DNA from: an uncultured delta proteobacterium
GTDB lineage: Bacteria; Myxococcota_A; Polyangia; Polyangiales; Polyangiaceae
NCBI GenBank assembly: GCA_963716725.1
Contig: CAVQUB010000015.1
Span: 352,001-416,000, forward strand
Length of the DNA: 64,000 bases
Reading direction: 5' to 3'
Shown here: piece by piece, positions 63,938 to 64,000 of the stretch
How positions within the stretch are numbered: position 1 is the stretch's first letter
Layout: each line of letters starts with the position of its first letter
Program-made: the position numbers and the translations under genes
The notes under the pieces: model-generated
The model's input: only the letters and a program-made list of their open reading frames with translations
Databases searched by the model: none
What the model was told of the DNA's origin: nothing

Positions 63938-63995
63938 CTCGTGGTGGAGGCCGCTGAAAACAAGGTCTCCCTCGACCGGCTCGTGAACGCGAAGC
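63938..63995 (+). repeat. Degenerate copy of hicB 3' end (direct repeat of 54968-55025)
   Basis: 58-bp gapless alignment with 5 mismatches. Confidence 0.85.
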
Positions 63996-64000
63996 GATGT

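Overview
High-GC bacterial chromosome segment that looks myxobacterial (inferred Myxococcota/Polyangiales from the Gly-linker Cys-rich lipoproteins, the kinase-PEGA and ECF-FecR modules and a MYXO-CTERM tail). The housekeeping backbone is glnD, parA/parB, tig-clpP-clpX-lon, ald, tRNA-Val and tRNA-Asp. Between about 27.4 and 33.2 kb it carries many single-base indels that look like sequencing errors. Four things stand out. (1) Downstream of tRNA-Asp is an island (integrase-like relic, hicAB, IS66 remnant) with a six-gene candidate trans-envelope electron conduit: a membrane-anchored Fe-S/FAD/NAD(P)H oxidoreductase, a di-heme-b-like membrane protein, three multiheme cytochromes c (10, 23 and 13-14 heme motifs) and a probable beta-barrel. 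It is bracketed by a duplicated hicB 3' end. (2) A hidden exported selenoprotein with an in-frame UGA in a U-x-x-C motif and a SECIS-like hairpin, which the ORF track splits in two. (3) A NarK-type nitrate/nitrite transporter fused to a complete hemerythrin domain. (4) A 352-bp duplicated sulfurtransferase 3' end bracketing a LuxR cassette. All calls come from reading motifs by eye; no database searches were run.
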